Assembly: GCF_009914755.1 (NCBI RefSeq)
Contig: NC_060933.1
DNA: 64,000 bases
Source: the human T2T-CHM13v2.0 reference genome, Homo sapiens
Reading direction: 5' to 3' (one strand)
This document shows, piece after piece, positions 1 to 15,511 of the stretch (within the stretch, counting starts at the first letter, position 1; each line of letters opens with the position of its first letter). The notes beneath the pieces were generated by a model that worked only from the letters and a program-made list of their open reading frames with translations, was not told the DNA's origin and made no database searches. A program made the translations under genes and the position numbers.

Positions 1-111
1 CACAGTGTCCTATAAGCCTGTTTCTGATTAAATGGCACACAGTGTTCCTTTAGAGGCTTTGCTAATTCATTGCAACCACATACTTGGCACTAACTTTAAA
101 AAAAATAAAAA

Positions 112-226
112 TAGAGATGGAGGTTTTGCTATGTTGCTCAGAGTGGTCTCAACTCCTGGCTTCAACTGATCCTCTGCCTTGCCCCCACAAAGTGCTGGGA
201 TTACAGGTGTGAGCACCGTGCCTGGT
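112..226 (-). mobile_element. Alu left monomer (FLAM-like)
   Basis: aaagtgctgggattacaggtgtgagc... single monomer. Confidence 0.8.
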
Positions 227-1742
227 TGACACGACTTTTAAGGAGTATTTCCTTGATAGAGATAAAGGGAATGAAATCTTTAGTCAAATTTTCATAAGAC
301 TTAGCCTAAAACTATTTGGAAGATCTTAGAGTCTTATCAACTTAGGGAGGACTTGGGCTTGGGGCCATTTTCTTTTTGAAATCTCCACTCTTCTATACTG
401 ATAAGAATTTTGCTGAGTGAGAATCACAACTGCCTTTCAGAATGGTGCCAGAATTTTGAATTTCAGACATGGTTAAATATTAAAGTAATTTCTATAGGTT
501 TGCTAATGTAAAAATTTTGTTAGTAGGCATATTAAAAAGAAACAGAAACCAACCAGTATGCTATATACTGTCACCAGATTACTTCATAAAAGAAATAACA
601 TTTTAACACTGAAAGGAGAAAAGACTTAATATTACAATAAATGATAGTCTTAAATATCATTATTAAAAACTCGGGGAATAAAAAACAAAGCAACCTCATG
701 AGAATGACCTTATTTTACTTGGTTCATTGCACATGAATGAAAACTTCACCACAATGCCTAGGCACAGAGCAGTGCTTGGGAATCCTTTTTGTAAAGGGTA
801 AGCCAAGAACATCAGGGAAAATTCTAAGAATTTAGAACTTTCTGAGTTCCTATTTTACCAAACCTAGGAGAACAAATACCCTGGCTGGCAATGGTAGCAT
901 TTAACAAAATTTCAAATGGGTTTACAAAAAAGAATAAGGAGTTGGAGATTGTTTTTAAAGATAAGGTCAACACTACCAATCATGAAGCTCTTTAGCCAAC
1001 AGGCTCTTAAAATGTTCTGACTTCTATCTATCTGATTACACCAAAGTAGGAGGGACACTGGAGGCACATGATCCTTTTGGTAAAAGGTGGCTGAGCCTCC
1101 TATAATGGAGTTGATTCATCATGACTGTCACTGGACTAGGTGATGACACATGCTGTCAGATCGTAGCCACCTTCCCAGCTGTTTGCCTACTTGCCTTTCT
1201 CAGTGGCTAGAGGTAGAAGATGATGGAGCCTTCAACCTCAGTGGACCAGCTCAGTAAAAAGCCAATGAACCGCTTGCATAAGAACAGCAAACATTCCCAT
1301 CTTTATAGGCTGCACTCCTATCTGCCTACCCTGGCACCTTGCTAGCATTTTTAAGGTAGTAAGAGGCCTGTAAGGAAGAGGAAGCATTGCAATTCATGCA
1401 AATCTGACTCCGCAGCTCTACTCCAAAGGATAGTTTCAACGTTCTGGGCTGAGTGGGAGGGATGAAAGATCACACATCACCTACAAACAGGGATACCACC
1501 CATATCAGACACATTTATAGTCACAGAAGTAAATGATGCATGGATCAGAGGATACATGCCTCACCATAAAGTTCTAAATATAGTTTACACTCTACCCGAG
1601 GATATTGCTTTCATCTTTGTTAACCAGAAAATAGATTAAGCAAAGGTTAGCTGGTGAGACATGTACAAATCCTCAAGTCAAGCTGAGTATTCTGAGAGCC
1701 TAAGGTGAATTTTTTCTTTTCCCCTAAAAGTACAACTTTTAC

Positions 1743-1850
1743 CTGCTGAGTGTAACGATCTATTTTGACTTGTGCCTCAGGACAGAGTTCGATATCTTTG
1801 GCTCCATAGACAGCCTGGGCAATGGTCCTTATCTTGTCCACAATTGGAAG
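1743..1850 (-). pseudogene. MTHFD1L: MTHFD1L-derived exon (formyl-THF synthetase domain, late exon) in a duplicated gene fragment
   Basis: Minus strand tttctgcAG|CTTCCAATT...CAGCAG|GTaaaag; 108 nt, phase 0/0; [36 protein letters not shown] vs recalled MTHFD1[37 protein letters not shown]. No upstream MTHFD1L exons in the window, so a partial paralogous copy. Confidence 0.9.
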
Positions 1851-2129
1851 CTGCAGAAACACAAATTATAACAAAATTGTGTAAGTTTAATCTGGTTAAA
1901 GATTTTTTAAAAAGTTTAGTGACACTTACTGTAATTGCTTAAAATTCCCTTATCAGGGTACCCCCTCAGCAACTGCAGGATTCCTTGCAAACCCTCTTTT
2001 TTCCTTTTAGCACCCTAAAGCACTGAAATTTTCAGTGTCAGAATAGATCAGATGTCAACTAGCAAATAAGCCTTAGGTGTTCAGGCAATTTAGAGGCTGC
2101 TTAGAGCCCATGTAGAATCTGCAGAGGGA

Positions 2130-2424
2130 GGCCGGGCACAGTGGCTCACACCTATAATCCCAGTACTTTGGGAGGCCGAGGCGGGTGGATTACCTGAGGT
2201 CAGGAGTTCGAAACCAGCCTGATCAATATGGTGACACCCCGTCTTTACTAAAAATCCAAAAAAACTAGCTGGGCTTGGTGGTGCATGCCTGTAATCCGAG
2301 CTACTTGGGAGGCTGAGGCAGGAGAATCACTTGAACTGGGAGGCAGAGACTGTGGTGAGACAAGATTGTGCCACTGCACTCCAGCCTGGGTGGAGTAGGA
2401 CTCCGTCTCAAAAAAAAAAAAAAA
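2130..2424 (+). mobile_element. AluS with 14-bp TSD
   Basis: Full dimer; TSD aatctgcagaggga at 2116-2129 and 2423-2436. Confidence 0.95.
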
Positions 2425-3009
2425 TCTGCAGAGGGAAGAGGGAAGTTAGTGCCTTACAGAGGGCTTCTGACTAGGAAGCCCCAGAACTGCGGCCGACCCC
2501 TTCCTCTCCCTGCCTCACCCCTGCAGAAAGATCTGCAGAAAAAGCTGGAAGGGGTGGGATGGTGTGTGTGGGGGTGGGGACTGGGGCTATGCAGTTTCCA
2601 GACCTGGTCTTTGGCACCCTCTACAGGACAGTTCCATTCCCACACCTGAGCTTTGGACAACTGAATCCTATGCCCCTTCCCACCCAGGGAACCTGGTGCC
2701 AGAAATTCCCAGGACTTACCCACCATCCACCACGCCACATAGCAAGTGTCCTCAGTGTCTGCAGACCAGAAACAACTCCCTTGTGTCTCAGCACCGGGCC
2801 ACCTGCTGAAACCCCAAACTGCCTGCCCCATTGTTTGAGACCCAGTCAGGCCTTGGCTCCAAAAGTCCTCTTGGACTGCCACTGGCCCCCAGGGTCTCTC
2901 CTGACTGCACCTCGGTCCCGGAGCTCCCACGCCGCTGGGCCCCGAGCCCCATGCCCCGATCCAGCTGTGGCTCCTTTACGGGGGCCTTGCTGGCCTTTCC
3001 TAAGGGAGG

Positions 3010-3525
3010 TGTTTTCCCGAGGGCAGGTGGACTGCTCCTCAGACTAGGGGCCCTCGGAGGGCCAGGCCTGGGCTTCTACCTCCTCTCGCAGGCTGGTGTT
3101 TCTCTGCAAATATGGCTCGTGTGTCCTCCTTCCTCTCAGACTGGGGGCCCCTGAGGACTGGGCCTGAGTTTCCCTCTCCCCCTTCAGAATGGGGGTTCCC
3201 TGAGGACTGACCCAGGGCCTCCCCCCGTCCCCTCCATCTGGCTGTTAATCTCCAACACTTTCACCTCCAGTCCTATTCTGCACAGCGCTCCCCAGCGCTG
3301 GGAGCTCAGAGGCCTCTTCAGCCTTCCCCAGGGCTGGGGCTCAGGGAGGGCTTCCTCAGGCGCTGGCCCCAGAGTCAGGCTGCACATTGGCTTGGAGGAC
3401 AGGCCTTTCCTCTGGGACTGTGAGGCCCAGAGTGCCCACCCAGAACTCCACCTCTGACCTCACAAAGGCCTGCTTCAGAACTCGGTCTCCACTGCACTGC
3501 TGGCCAGATGAGGGATGTTATTTTG
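3010..3525 (+). promoter_or_regulatory. Insulin-response-element-like (FOXO-type T(G/A)TTT) motifs of the AQP7 promoter
   Basis: TGTTTTC at 3010-3016, TGTTTCT at 3097-3103, TATTTTG at 3519-3525 upstream of exon 1; short motifs, function inferred from known insulin repression of AQP7. Confidence 0.4.
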
Positions 3526-3577
3526 GGCAGTGCATCTGGACTTGGTTCAAGTGGCACCAGCCAAATCCCTGCCTTAC

Positions 3578-3590
3578 TGACCTCTCCCCT
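3578..3590 (-). promoter_or_regulatory. DR1 PPAR response element (AGGGGA-G-AGGTCA)
   Basis: tgacctctcccct on plus = AGGGGAGAGGTCA on minus, ~50-62 nt upstream of exon 1; AQP7 is a known PPARgamma target. Confidence 0.8.
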
Positions 3591-3639
3591 GGAGGAGCAG
3601 GAGCAGCGCTCAAGGCCGCCCTGGGAGGGCTGAGAGGCA

Positions 3640-3787
3640 GGCTCTGGACTGGGGACACAGGGATAGCTGAGCCCCAGCTGGGGGTGGAAGCTGAGCCAGG
3701 GACAGTCACAGAGGAACAAGATCAAGATGCGCTTTAACTGAGAAGCCCCCAAGGCAGAGGCTGAGAATCAGAAGACATTTCAGCAGA
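3640..3787 (+). pseudogene. AQP7P: AQP7P exon 1 (non-coding; start approximate)
   Basis: Matches recalled AQP7 5'UTR ggctctggactggggacacaggg...; donor A|GTGAGT at 3788. Confidence 0.85.
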
Positions 3788-4441
3788 GTGAGTGGGGCTC
3801 CAGGCAGGGTGGGGATGGGGCAGCCTCCTCAGTGCCCAGATCTGGAAGGGCCATTCCCTGGGTACCATACAGCGAGGAGGTGACTGAGGGATTGTTTGGG
3901 GAAGGAGCCCCGGCTGGGAGTGGAAGTCCCGGCTTTCTTGTTATGGTGCAGTCCTGTGTTGCTGTGTGACACAGGCACATACACCTTCTCTCTGGGCCTC
4001 AGTTTCCTTACCTGTAAGTTGGTTGTTGGGAGGACCAGCGGTAGAGCAGAGATGGCAGGGATGCACTGGGCTGGGCTGTCAGCAGACCATGGGGGTGGGA
4101 CGAGGAGAGAGCTGAAGACCACCGGCAGTGGACCACAGGGGGAGGCATGCAGGCCAGAGACGGGTCAGCTGCCGGCTTGCTGGAGTCATTCCTCCCACGC
4201 AGTCCCCTCCTGAGGGGCTGGAGCTGGGGCTGGAGGGTTTCAGCAGTCAGGGCTGGAGATAAGAGTCTGTGCTGGAGCTAGAGGGAACTGGGCTAGAGAA
4301 TCAGGAGGACAGACAGGGTGAGGGGACTTCGGGCTACCTTCATGCTGTCAGTTAGAGATAAAGATAGGAGTACAAAGGGGAATTTTTGGGTGAGGTACAC
4401 GGGTGAAATGAGTTTTCAGGGCCTCATCCTGTGTGTTCACC

Positions 4442-4444
<3 letters not shown>

Positions 4445-4481
<37 letters not shown>

Positions 4482-4505
4482 ATGCGTGCATGTATGTGTG
4501 TGTGC
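4445..4505. repeat. (TG)n microsatellite in intron 1
   Basis: Direct reading. Confidence 0.95.
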
Positions 4506-4892
4506 AGGTCCTGGACAGTCACAGCTTAAGTTAGCAGCAAGAGAACTTGAGGTTAAAGGTATAGCACGCAAATATGAGGCTGGAGCCACTGAGTAGAGGC
4601 TGAGGGCATCTCCACAGTCCAAAGCTGGGCTGCAGACAGGGAAGGTCAGCAGGAGCACTGGAGGGTCTGGCCTGGGGTTGGGGTCCTGGGGCCAGCATGG
4701 GTGGGGTGGGGCTCCAGGGCGTCGCCTCATTGGCTGAGCACCGCTCCTCCCTCCCTGTTCCTTGGCTGGGTTAAGGGAGTGGCACTAGCAGGAGCTGCCC
4801 CAGGGCTTCTCCCCTGGGGACAAAGATCTGATGGAAGTGTGGGGCCAAGTTCTGTGTCCTCCAGCCCTAGTGACCTCTCTTTGGCTCCTCAG

Positions 4893-4943
4893 CATCTACA
4901 AATCTGAAGGACAAAACATGGTTCAAGCATCTGGGCACAGGCG
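4893..4943 (+). pseudogene. AQP7P: AQP7P exon 2 (ATG at 4918; MVQASGHR)
   Basis: ctcctcAG|catctac...aacATGGTTCAAGCATCTGGGCACAGGCG|GTAAGT. Confidence 0.95.
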
Positions 4944-5365
4944 GTAAGTACCCCACCCTCTTCTCACCCTCCAGCCCCCTGTCCTCCACCCAGCCCACTT
5001 CAGTGCCCTCCCTGCTCCATCCTCAGCCTCTCCCTTGGGGCAGCTGTCCCCCCTCGACCTCCTCCTCCCCACCCACCCACTCGCCTCTGAGGTCCCAGAA
5101 GAAAAGCATCTTCCACCTGTTGCCTGGGCTGGGTCCTGGGGTGAGGGGAGGCTCAGAAATACTTGGATGAGGGTCAAGGCATGCAGGTGGCCTTCAACTC
5201 AACTGCACTCAGCACCTCTCACCCTCTCAGGCTCAGCTGTCTTTGGGGTGAAAAAGAGCCAGTCCTTGCAATGGCCAAGGCCCTGCCTATGTAGTCCTTG
5301 TTAGCTTTCTGGCCTCCCCACTCCAGCCCCCTGCTCTCCCTCCTCCAGCCACACTGAGTTTCTTT

Positions 5366-5715
<350 letters not shown>

Positions 5716-6571
5716 TCACACTGACTTTCTTTGCTTTCTTCAAACATGCTGAGAGTCCTCTGGTGACTATTCCCTCCATCTGAGAGGCTTTCTGCAGTTA
5801 ACATACAGCCCACTCTCATCTCCTTCATGGCTTTGCTCCAAGGCCACCTTCTCAACAAGGATTACTCTGACTGCCCTATTTGAAATCACACCCCATCTCC
5901 AGCCCCTGCACTCCCAATTCCCCTCTCCTTGCTCTGTTTTTTCCCATAGGAGCTGGTACCTTCGCTTATACAAATGTACTTACTTATTACATTTCATTGC
6001 TGTCAGCTCCACGCAAGCAGGGATATTTGCCTGTTGTACACTTGGACGGAGAGAATGAATAGTGCCCCTCTGTTGACATCATTGCCTCTAGCCTACGTCT
6101 CTTTCCAGGGCTTTAGATCCTGTTTCTAGAGACCCGCTGGTGTCTCACAGGCAACTCAGCTCCTAGATGGAAACAGCCTCCTCCGCCCCCCACAAGTCCA
6201 CTCCTCCTGTGCTCTTGGCTCAGTCAGGGGTCCCCTTCTCTTCAGTTGCTCAAGCCAGAAGTCAAGGTCATGTCCTTGATACTTCCCTCTTCCCCATGCC
6301 TCACATCCAGTCACCAATCTCCTAAAATATCTAGAATGTGCACAGCTTCCACCATTCTTTCTACCACCACCCTACTCCCCCATGGCCATGTCAGGCCACC
6401 ACCCGCCCATTCTTCAAAACTCCCTTCAGGCCTCACCTCCCATGCCTCCCCTGAGTTCCCCCAGTCCCAGGCTGCTTCTCTCTGGTGGTGTTGCCATTAC
6501 CCATCTCTTCTATTAAACAGAGTGACCCAAGAGTGGAGAGTGGGTTTTGACTTTGTATCCCTGGTGCTTGA

Positions 6572-6895
<324 letters not shown>

Positions 6896-7069
6896 AACAA
6901 ATGTTTGTTGAATGAAGAAATGTTGGTTAGCAGGTTGAATTGTTGGCTCGTGGTTAGTTGGATAGTTTATGGTTGACTGGTTGATTAGATAATTCAATGA
7001 GTTAATAGCTGGTTAACAGGAGAATCAGTTAGTTGGTTTTTGATAGGTTAGTCAAAGGGTTAATAAGCC

Positions 7070-7386
7070 ACCGGGCATGTTGGCTCATGCCTGAAATCCC
7101 TGCACCTTGGGAGGCTGAGGCTGGAGGATTGCTTGAGTCCAGGAGTTTGGGACCAGCTTGGGTAACATGGCAAAACCCCATCTCTACAAAAAATAGGAAA
7201 AAATAGCCGGTCATGGTGGCATGCTCCTGTAGTCCCAACTACTTGGGAGGCTGAGGTGGGAGGATCACTTGAACCCTGGGAAGTCTAGGCTTCAGTGAGC
7301 TGTGACTGTGCCACTGCACTTCAGCCTGGGCGACAGAGTGAGACCCTGTCTCAAAAAAAAAAAAAGAAAAAGAAAAAGAAAAGAAA
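7070..7386 (+). mobile_element. AluJ
   Basis: ggaggattgcttgag / gaccctgtctc AluJ-type motifs; A-rich tail. Confidence 0.88.
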
Positions 7387-8068
7387 CAGGCGTTAGTGAG
7401 TTGTTAGCTATTTAGTTCCTTGGTTAACAGATTACTTAGGGGATCTGGTTGGCTGTCAGTTTCTTGCTTTGTAGGCTGGCTTTCTTGGGCCCCTCTTCTT
7501 AGTCTGTACCCTCTCCTTGAGCTCTCTCATCTATGCCCATGGCTCAGATGACCATCTGTGATTTGCTGTCCTCCAAATGTGTCTGTAAGTGAGACCACAT
7601 GACCAGCTGCCTCCTCACTGGCCATCCCACCCAAGTGTCTAGCAGGCTCCTCACACTCAACATGTCCAGAAAGGGCCTCCTTGTCCATTCTTCCACAGCT
7701 TCTCTGCTGTGCCCCACGCTAGTCATTCCGCTGCCCTAGCCAGGACCTGAGGGCATCGCTGAGCTGCCCCGCTCCCTTCCCTCTCTAACCGAACACCAAG
7801 CCTGTCAGCTTGACTGTGTTCTTGTGGCCATTGGCACTGCCATCCTTGTGGCTCAGACTGCCACCACTTCTCCACCCATCTGTGGAGAAGCTGATGCTCA
7901 CCCTGCCTCCACTCCACTTCCTCCATCCTGGCCTCCACAGGGGAGGCAGCTCTCCTGCTGAAACCCTCCACTTGGCCCATGGCCCTCTGGTAGAGTTCAG
8001 ACTCCCTAATGTGGGCCATGAGGCCTTCTGCCACCTGGCCCTGGCCCCTCTCTGCCCATCTCATGCCA

Positions 8069-9786
<1,718 letters not shown>

Positions 9787-9870
9787 GGCTGGTGTCAGCT
9801 TCCGGGCATGCAGACAGTGAGATAGCAGAGTGACTAAGGCCACACTTAGAGGTATCTGTATCCCTCTTCT

Positions 9871-10308
<438 letters not shown>

Positions 10309-11150
10309 TAACCGTGCACTTAACTAAATACAAATCAAGTGCCAGGCCCTTTGGCAAGCTCTGAGGATCTAGTTGGGAGTAAGACAGATTCCCCAGTTTT
10401 CACCCATTCAACAAATACTTATTGCACATCTACTATGTGCCTGGCATGGTGCTGGGCACTGAAGATACACCAGGAAGTAGATCCAGTCCTTCCTTTTCTC
10501 CCTCCCGCTCTCTTGGTCATTCATTCATTCATTCACTCACTCTCTCACAAACCTCTGTTTGTACTGACCTGGTTGCACAGCCTGGTGCATTTTGCTGACC
10601 CCTTCATTTTTGACAGAACCTGGCACATGTTTCAGTGCTCAGTGCTGTTTACAGAGCTCGGCAGCAGACTTTGTCACACTTCATGCTGTTTGTAGAGTGC
10701 CTCACTGTTGCCAGGCCCTGGCCTGTGACCCCAAAGTTCTGGCTCTAGCAGATAGGCAGACAGACAGATGGACAGACATAGACTACTGAGCTCTACTTTC
10801 CAGCCTGCTCTCTCCCACCCTACTTTTTCCCAGAGGCTTGTTGGCACCGTGGATTGCACTTTCAGCTCCCCACATGTCCGTCTGCAAAGTGGCCTCATTG
10901 GTGTGCCATTTTTACTGGTCCAGTCCCAACTACAAGGGGCATGGCTTGGCCATCTACCCCAGTTCCTCTCCATGTCCCCATGGCTCTCAAGTGTCTCCAA
11001 TTCCAGCTGTCCCAGCTGCCCCGGGCAAGAGGAGGTGTGTGTGGCAAGTCTGCTGGGTTACCTATTAACTCAGCTGTGAGTTGAAGAGCCGATGGGCAGC
11101 AGGCAGACTTGAGTCTCCTTTCTGTCCATGAGCTCGGGCCACTGTATCAG

Positions 11151-11280
11151 GTCCACCCGTGGCTCCAAAATGGTCTCCTGGTCCGTGATAGCAAAGATCC
11201 AGGAAATATGATGCGAGGAAGATGAGAGGAAGATGGCGCGAGAGTTCCTGGCCGAGTTCATGAGCACATATGTCATGATG
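11151..11280 (+). pseudogene. AQP7P: AQP7P exon 3 with 12-nt net insertion and TGA at codon 29
   Basis: STRGSKMVSWSVIAKIQEI*CEEDERKMAREFLAEFMSTYVMM; 130 nt; AG at 11149-11150, GTGAGT at 11281. Confidence 0.95.
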
Positions 11281-11558
11281 GTGAGTGGGCGGGCAGCACG
11301 AAGTGGGTGGGCTCTGCCAGGGCCTTCCATGACCCCCTCCCCATTCTGACCCCATGGGTCACATTGTCCATTCCTTGCCTCTGAGCTGGGAGCCTGGGGA
11401 AGCAGCGAGGAAAGTAAGGGGGGGGGGGCTTTCTCATCAAGTCTTTTTGGACAGAAAGGGCTCATAATATGTGGGGGTCAAATGAAACCATGCACTGGGG
11501 TATCCGGGGCAAGGCTGGAAATGGGGAGAAGGGAAACCCAGAGTAAAGAGATTGAAGA

Positions 11559-11876
<318 letters not shown>

Positions 11877-11889
11877 GAGATTGAAGAGA

Positions 11890-12680
11890 AACTTGATGAT
11901 CAGGCTCTGATAATGAATCCAGAGGGCAATGGGCGATGTTGAAGGCTGGCAAGCAGGGGAGTGACATGATCAGATTTGGATTTTAAAGGTAATTTTGGGT
12001 GCAGTGTGGAGCATAAGCAGGACAGGCAAGGCTGGCAAGAAGGAACCAGTTAAGAGGCTGTTTTTGATCTTGGACAGAGAGAGGGTGATGACTGATCTGG
12101 GGTTGGAGAAGAAAGCACATGTTTGAGAGGGCTGTGGAAGATGGAATCGGGGAGACTCTGCCAGAAGAACATGTGGGCAAAGCGCCGATGAGCTGTTCTG
12201 GAGCACGGGGCCCAGCACAGGGTGAGAGGCAAGATGCCTGTAGGGAAATCCAGGAGATAGTTAAACACAGGCAAGGGGCTGGAGCTCAGGAGAGGCTTGG
12301 TCTGGAAGGAAAAAGTTGAAGTTCATCACAACACAGGTGGTGGTTGTCAACACTGTCTAGAAGGAGTGTACAGAAAGAGAAAAGGATGGTTTGAGGACAG
12401 AGCCCTGAGGAATGAAGAGGGGCACGCAAAGGAGCCTGAGAAGGAAGGGTCAGAGAGGTGGGAGGAGAACCAGAGCCGACTGCATGACAGAGGGGGGCAG
12501 TGGTTCCACCAGGAAGAAGCCATCAGCGGCATGGGCAGCGGCAGATGGGCCACGCAAGGTGAGCACTGGCAAGGGGCCTTAGGGTTTGCCAATGTGGAGG
12601 TTGCTGGTAACCTTGACAAGGGCTCTTCTTTAGTGTGTGATTGGGACAGAATCCAGACTGCAGGTGGGATGTGAGGTTGC
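11890..12680 (-). mobile_element. L2 fragment
   Basis: gtgacatgatcagattt, gaggacagagccctgagg, gagaggtgggaggagaacca typical of antisense L2. Confidence 0.65.
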
Positions 12681-13114
12681 TCCCTCTCCACCTGCTTCAG
12701 CCCTGCCACTTACCCCAGTGAGCCTCTGCCCTTAACATGACTGTAGCCATGTTTATTGCATCTTATGCAGGGTCCAGGGTCTAGAGAAAGAAGGGGCAGC
12801 CTCTGGGAAGGGAGGCAAAGGCAGCCAGGTGCATGCTAGAGGAAGGTGGGGTGACAGAGGCTGTTCGTGTGTGTGGTGGGGCCCATGGAGCTCAAGGGAG
12901 AGAGGAAATTGGAACACCAGGTTTCTTAGCCTGACCCTGCCACTGAGTGACCAGTTGCCTTGGGCAGGTCTCTCCCTGGCTTAAAGCCTGACTTCTCACT
13001 TATATCGTGTAGAATTAGGCCTTCGTGGGCTTTGGAGCTGTGTTTGAATCCTAGCTCTGTTATCTTCTAGCTGTGCGACTATCCACAAGTATCTTAACTG
13101 TTCACAAATTTAGC

Positions 13115-13408
13115 TTTCTTGTTTTTGAGACAGGGTCTCACTCTGTCTCCTAGGATGGAGTGCAGTGGTACGATCTCAGCTCACTGCAGCCCCCACCTCC
13201 CATACTCAAGTGACTCTCTTGCCTCAGCCTCTTGAGTAGCTGGGACTACAGGCATGTGCCACTGTGCTCAGCTAATTTTTCTATTTTTAGTAGAGATGGG
13301 GTTTCACCATGTTGGCCAGACTGGTCTCGAACTCCCGAATTCAGGTGACCTTCCTGCCTCGGCCTCCCAAAGTGCTGGGATTGCTGGCGTGAGTCACCTC
13401 TCCCGGCC
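13115..13408 (-). mobile_element. Alu (J/S)
   Basis: Antisense dimer within a MIR; TSD-like acaa(a/c)tttagctt. Confidence 0.9.
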
Positions 13409-13799
13409 CACAACTTTAGCTTCCTTATTGGTTAACAGGAGGACTTGTGTGAAGAAGGCCAAGTCTCAGCACCCAGTGTGGTACCCATGTATTGGTCCCT
13501 TGTTATTAGGACGGGTGCTCTAGCTGCTGTCTCCTCTCTGTCTCTGGCCCTCCCCTACTCCTCTCTTACCTCCCCACCTGCTTTGGCTCCTGAGCTGTGA
13601 GGACAGCAGTTGGATCCTGTCCCTCCTTAATCCAGGGCAAAGTAATTCACTTACCACAAGACATTCCAGCCCCATGAGGGCTGTTAACCCTTGGAGCCTC
13701 GGAGGCAGGAGGGTGCATCCTCTGAGAGCTGTTAGGGAAATAGGCACCGCCCACATGCTTGATACCTGCCCACATCTGTGTTCCTCTTCCTTTTGTTGA

Positions 13800-14308
<509 letters not shown>

Positions 14309-15210
14309 CAATATCACAGTCTTGACCCTTAACCTCTATGCTCTGTACCTTAGCTTAAATATTGCCAGCTTTTAAAGACTGGCTTGTTAATGCTCCCCCA
14401 GCCAGGGTAAAGTCCTCACTTTCAGGTAGTTCAAGATGCCTCTCTCGGCCTCAGTTTCCCCATTTATAGAGTGGGAGAAAAATTCTTGCTGTGCAGATTT
14501 GTTGTGAGGATTGAAGACAGTAGCACTTGTAAAAGAACTTTGTGAGGCGTAAGCCTATATCGGATATTGTGGTGTTGTTATTTTTAGTTGCCAGGCTGTG
14601 CCAAGAAGTGAGGGCTTTTTTTTTTTTTTTGTAAATATATATATAGGAATCTCAGTGAGTCACCAGGGTGAAGTTTTGCCAAAAAAGCTAGTGTGACCTT
14701 GGCCCCATTTATTGCAGCCAGGACAAGGGAAGTGGACTGATCCGTGTTGCAGCTTCCAGGTGTGTTGCCCTTGGAGCTGGCCTCCTGGCTGTGGGGGAGA
14801 GTTGGATGGGCTGGGCCACATTCACTGATCAGGGAGAGGAGGGGCTGGAGCCATCCGGGCCCTGGAAAACCAGCCATACACATGAGACACGGGGCAAGGG
14901 TTGTAGATCACATGCTACGGGGGCCAAGAGAGCGGCAACTCAGGGCGGTGGGGACTTTGGCTGGCTGCAGAGTGCCAATCTGTGCAAGGCTGTAGAGCTG
15001 CTGCCACTCCAGCTGACTGTTGCCATGGAGGGTGGAATGCAGGCCAGTGTTGCTTGAGCTGCTCATTTTTCAAGAGAGACGAAAACTTCTGTTCTTCAAA
15101 ACCAAGTTATCTAAACAAAATCTGTGCGCTGGATGAATTAGGTGCATGAGTTGCCAGTTGGCAACCCTGACACAAGGAATCATGTGGGGTTCATTCACTC
15201 ACCCAGTATT

Positions 15211-15511
15211 TTATTTTATTTATTTTATTTTTTTGAGACAGAGTCTCACCCTGTTGCCCAGGCTGGAGTGCAGTGGTGTGATCTCAGCTCACTGCTCTGC
15301 CTCCCGGGTTCAAGTGATTCTCCTGCCTCAGCCTGCCGAGTAGCTGGGATTACAGGCATGTGCCACCACACCTGGCTAATTTTTTGTATCTTTAGTAGAG
15401 ACGGGGTTTCACCATGTTGGCTAAGCAGGTCTCAAACTCCTGACCTCATGATCGGCCTGCCTCGGTCTCCCAAAGTGCTGGGATTACAGGCGTGAGCCAC
15501 CACACCCGGCC
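15211..15511 (-). mobile_element. AluS
   Basis: Antisense dimer; TSD-like ctca(c/t)ccagtatttt. Confidence 0.92.

Noticed and set aside
1647-1862. 71-aa ORF as a stand-alone protein
   Set aside because: Only 36 codons are the MTHFD1L exon; the rest is intron read-through and the start is not ATG
2116-2436. Alu-Alu recombination as the MTHFD1L/AQP7 junction
   Set aside because: Identical TSDs on both sides show that both flanks of this Alu come from one locus
11209-11214. Rescue of the stop by read-through or A-to-I editing (UGA to UGG)
   Set aside because: Context UGA-UGC is not the leaky UGA-CUA motif; a 5' G disfavours ADAR editing and no complementary strand for the exon is visible; the downstream frameshift would remain anyway
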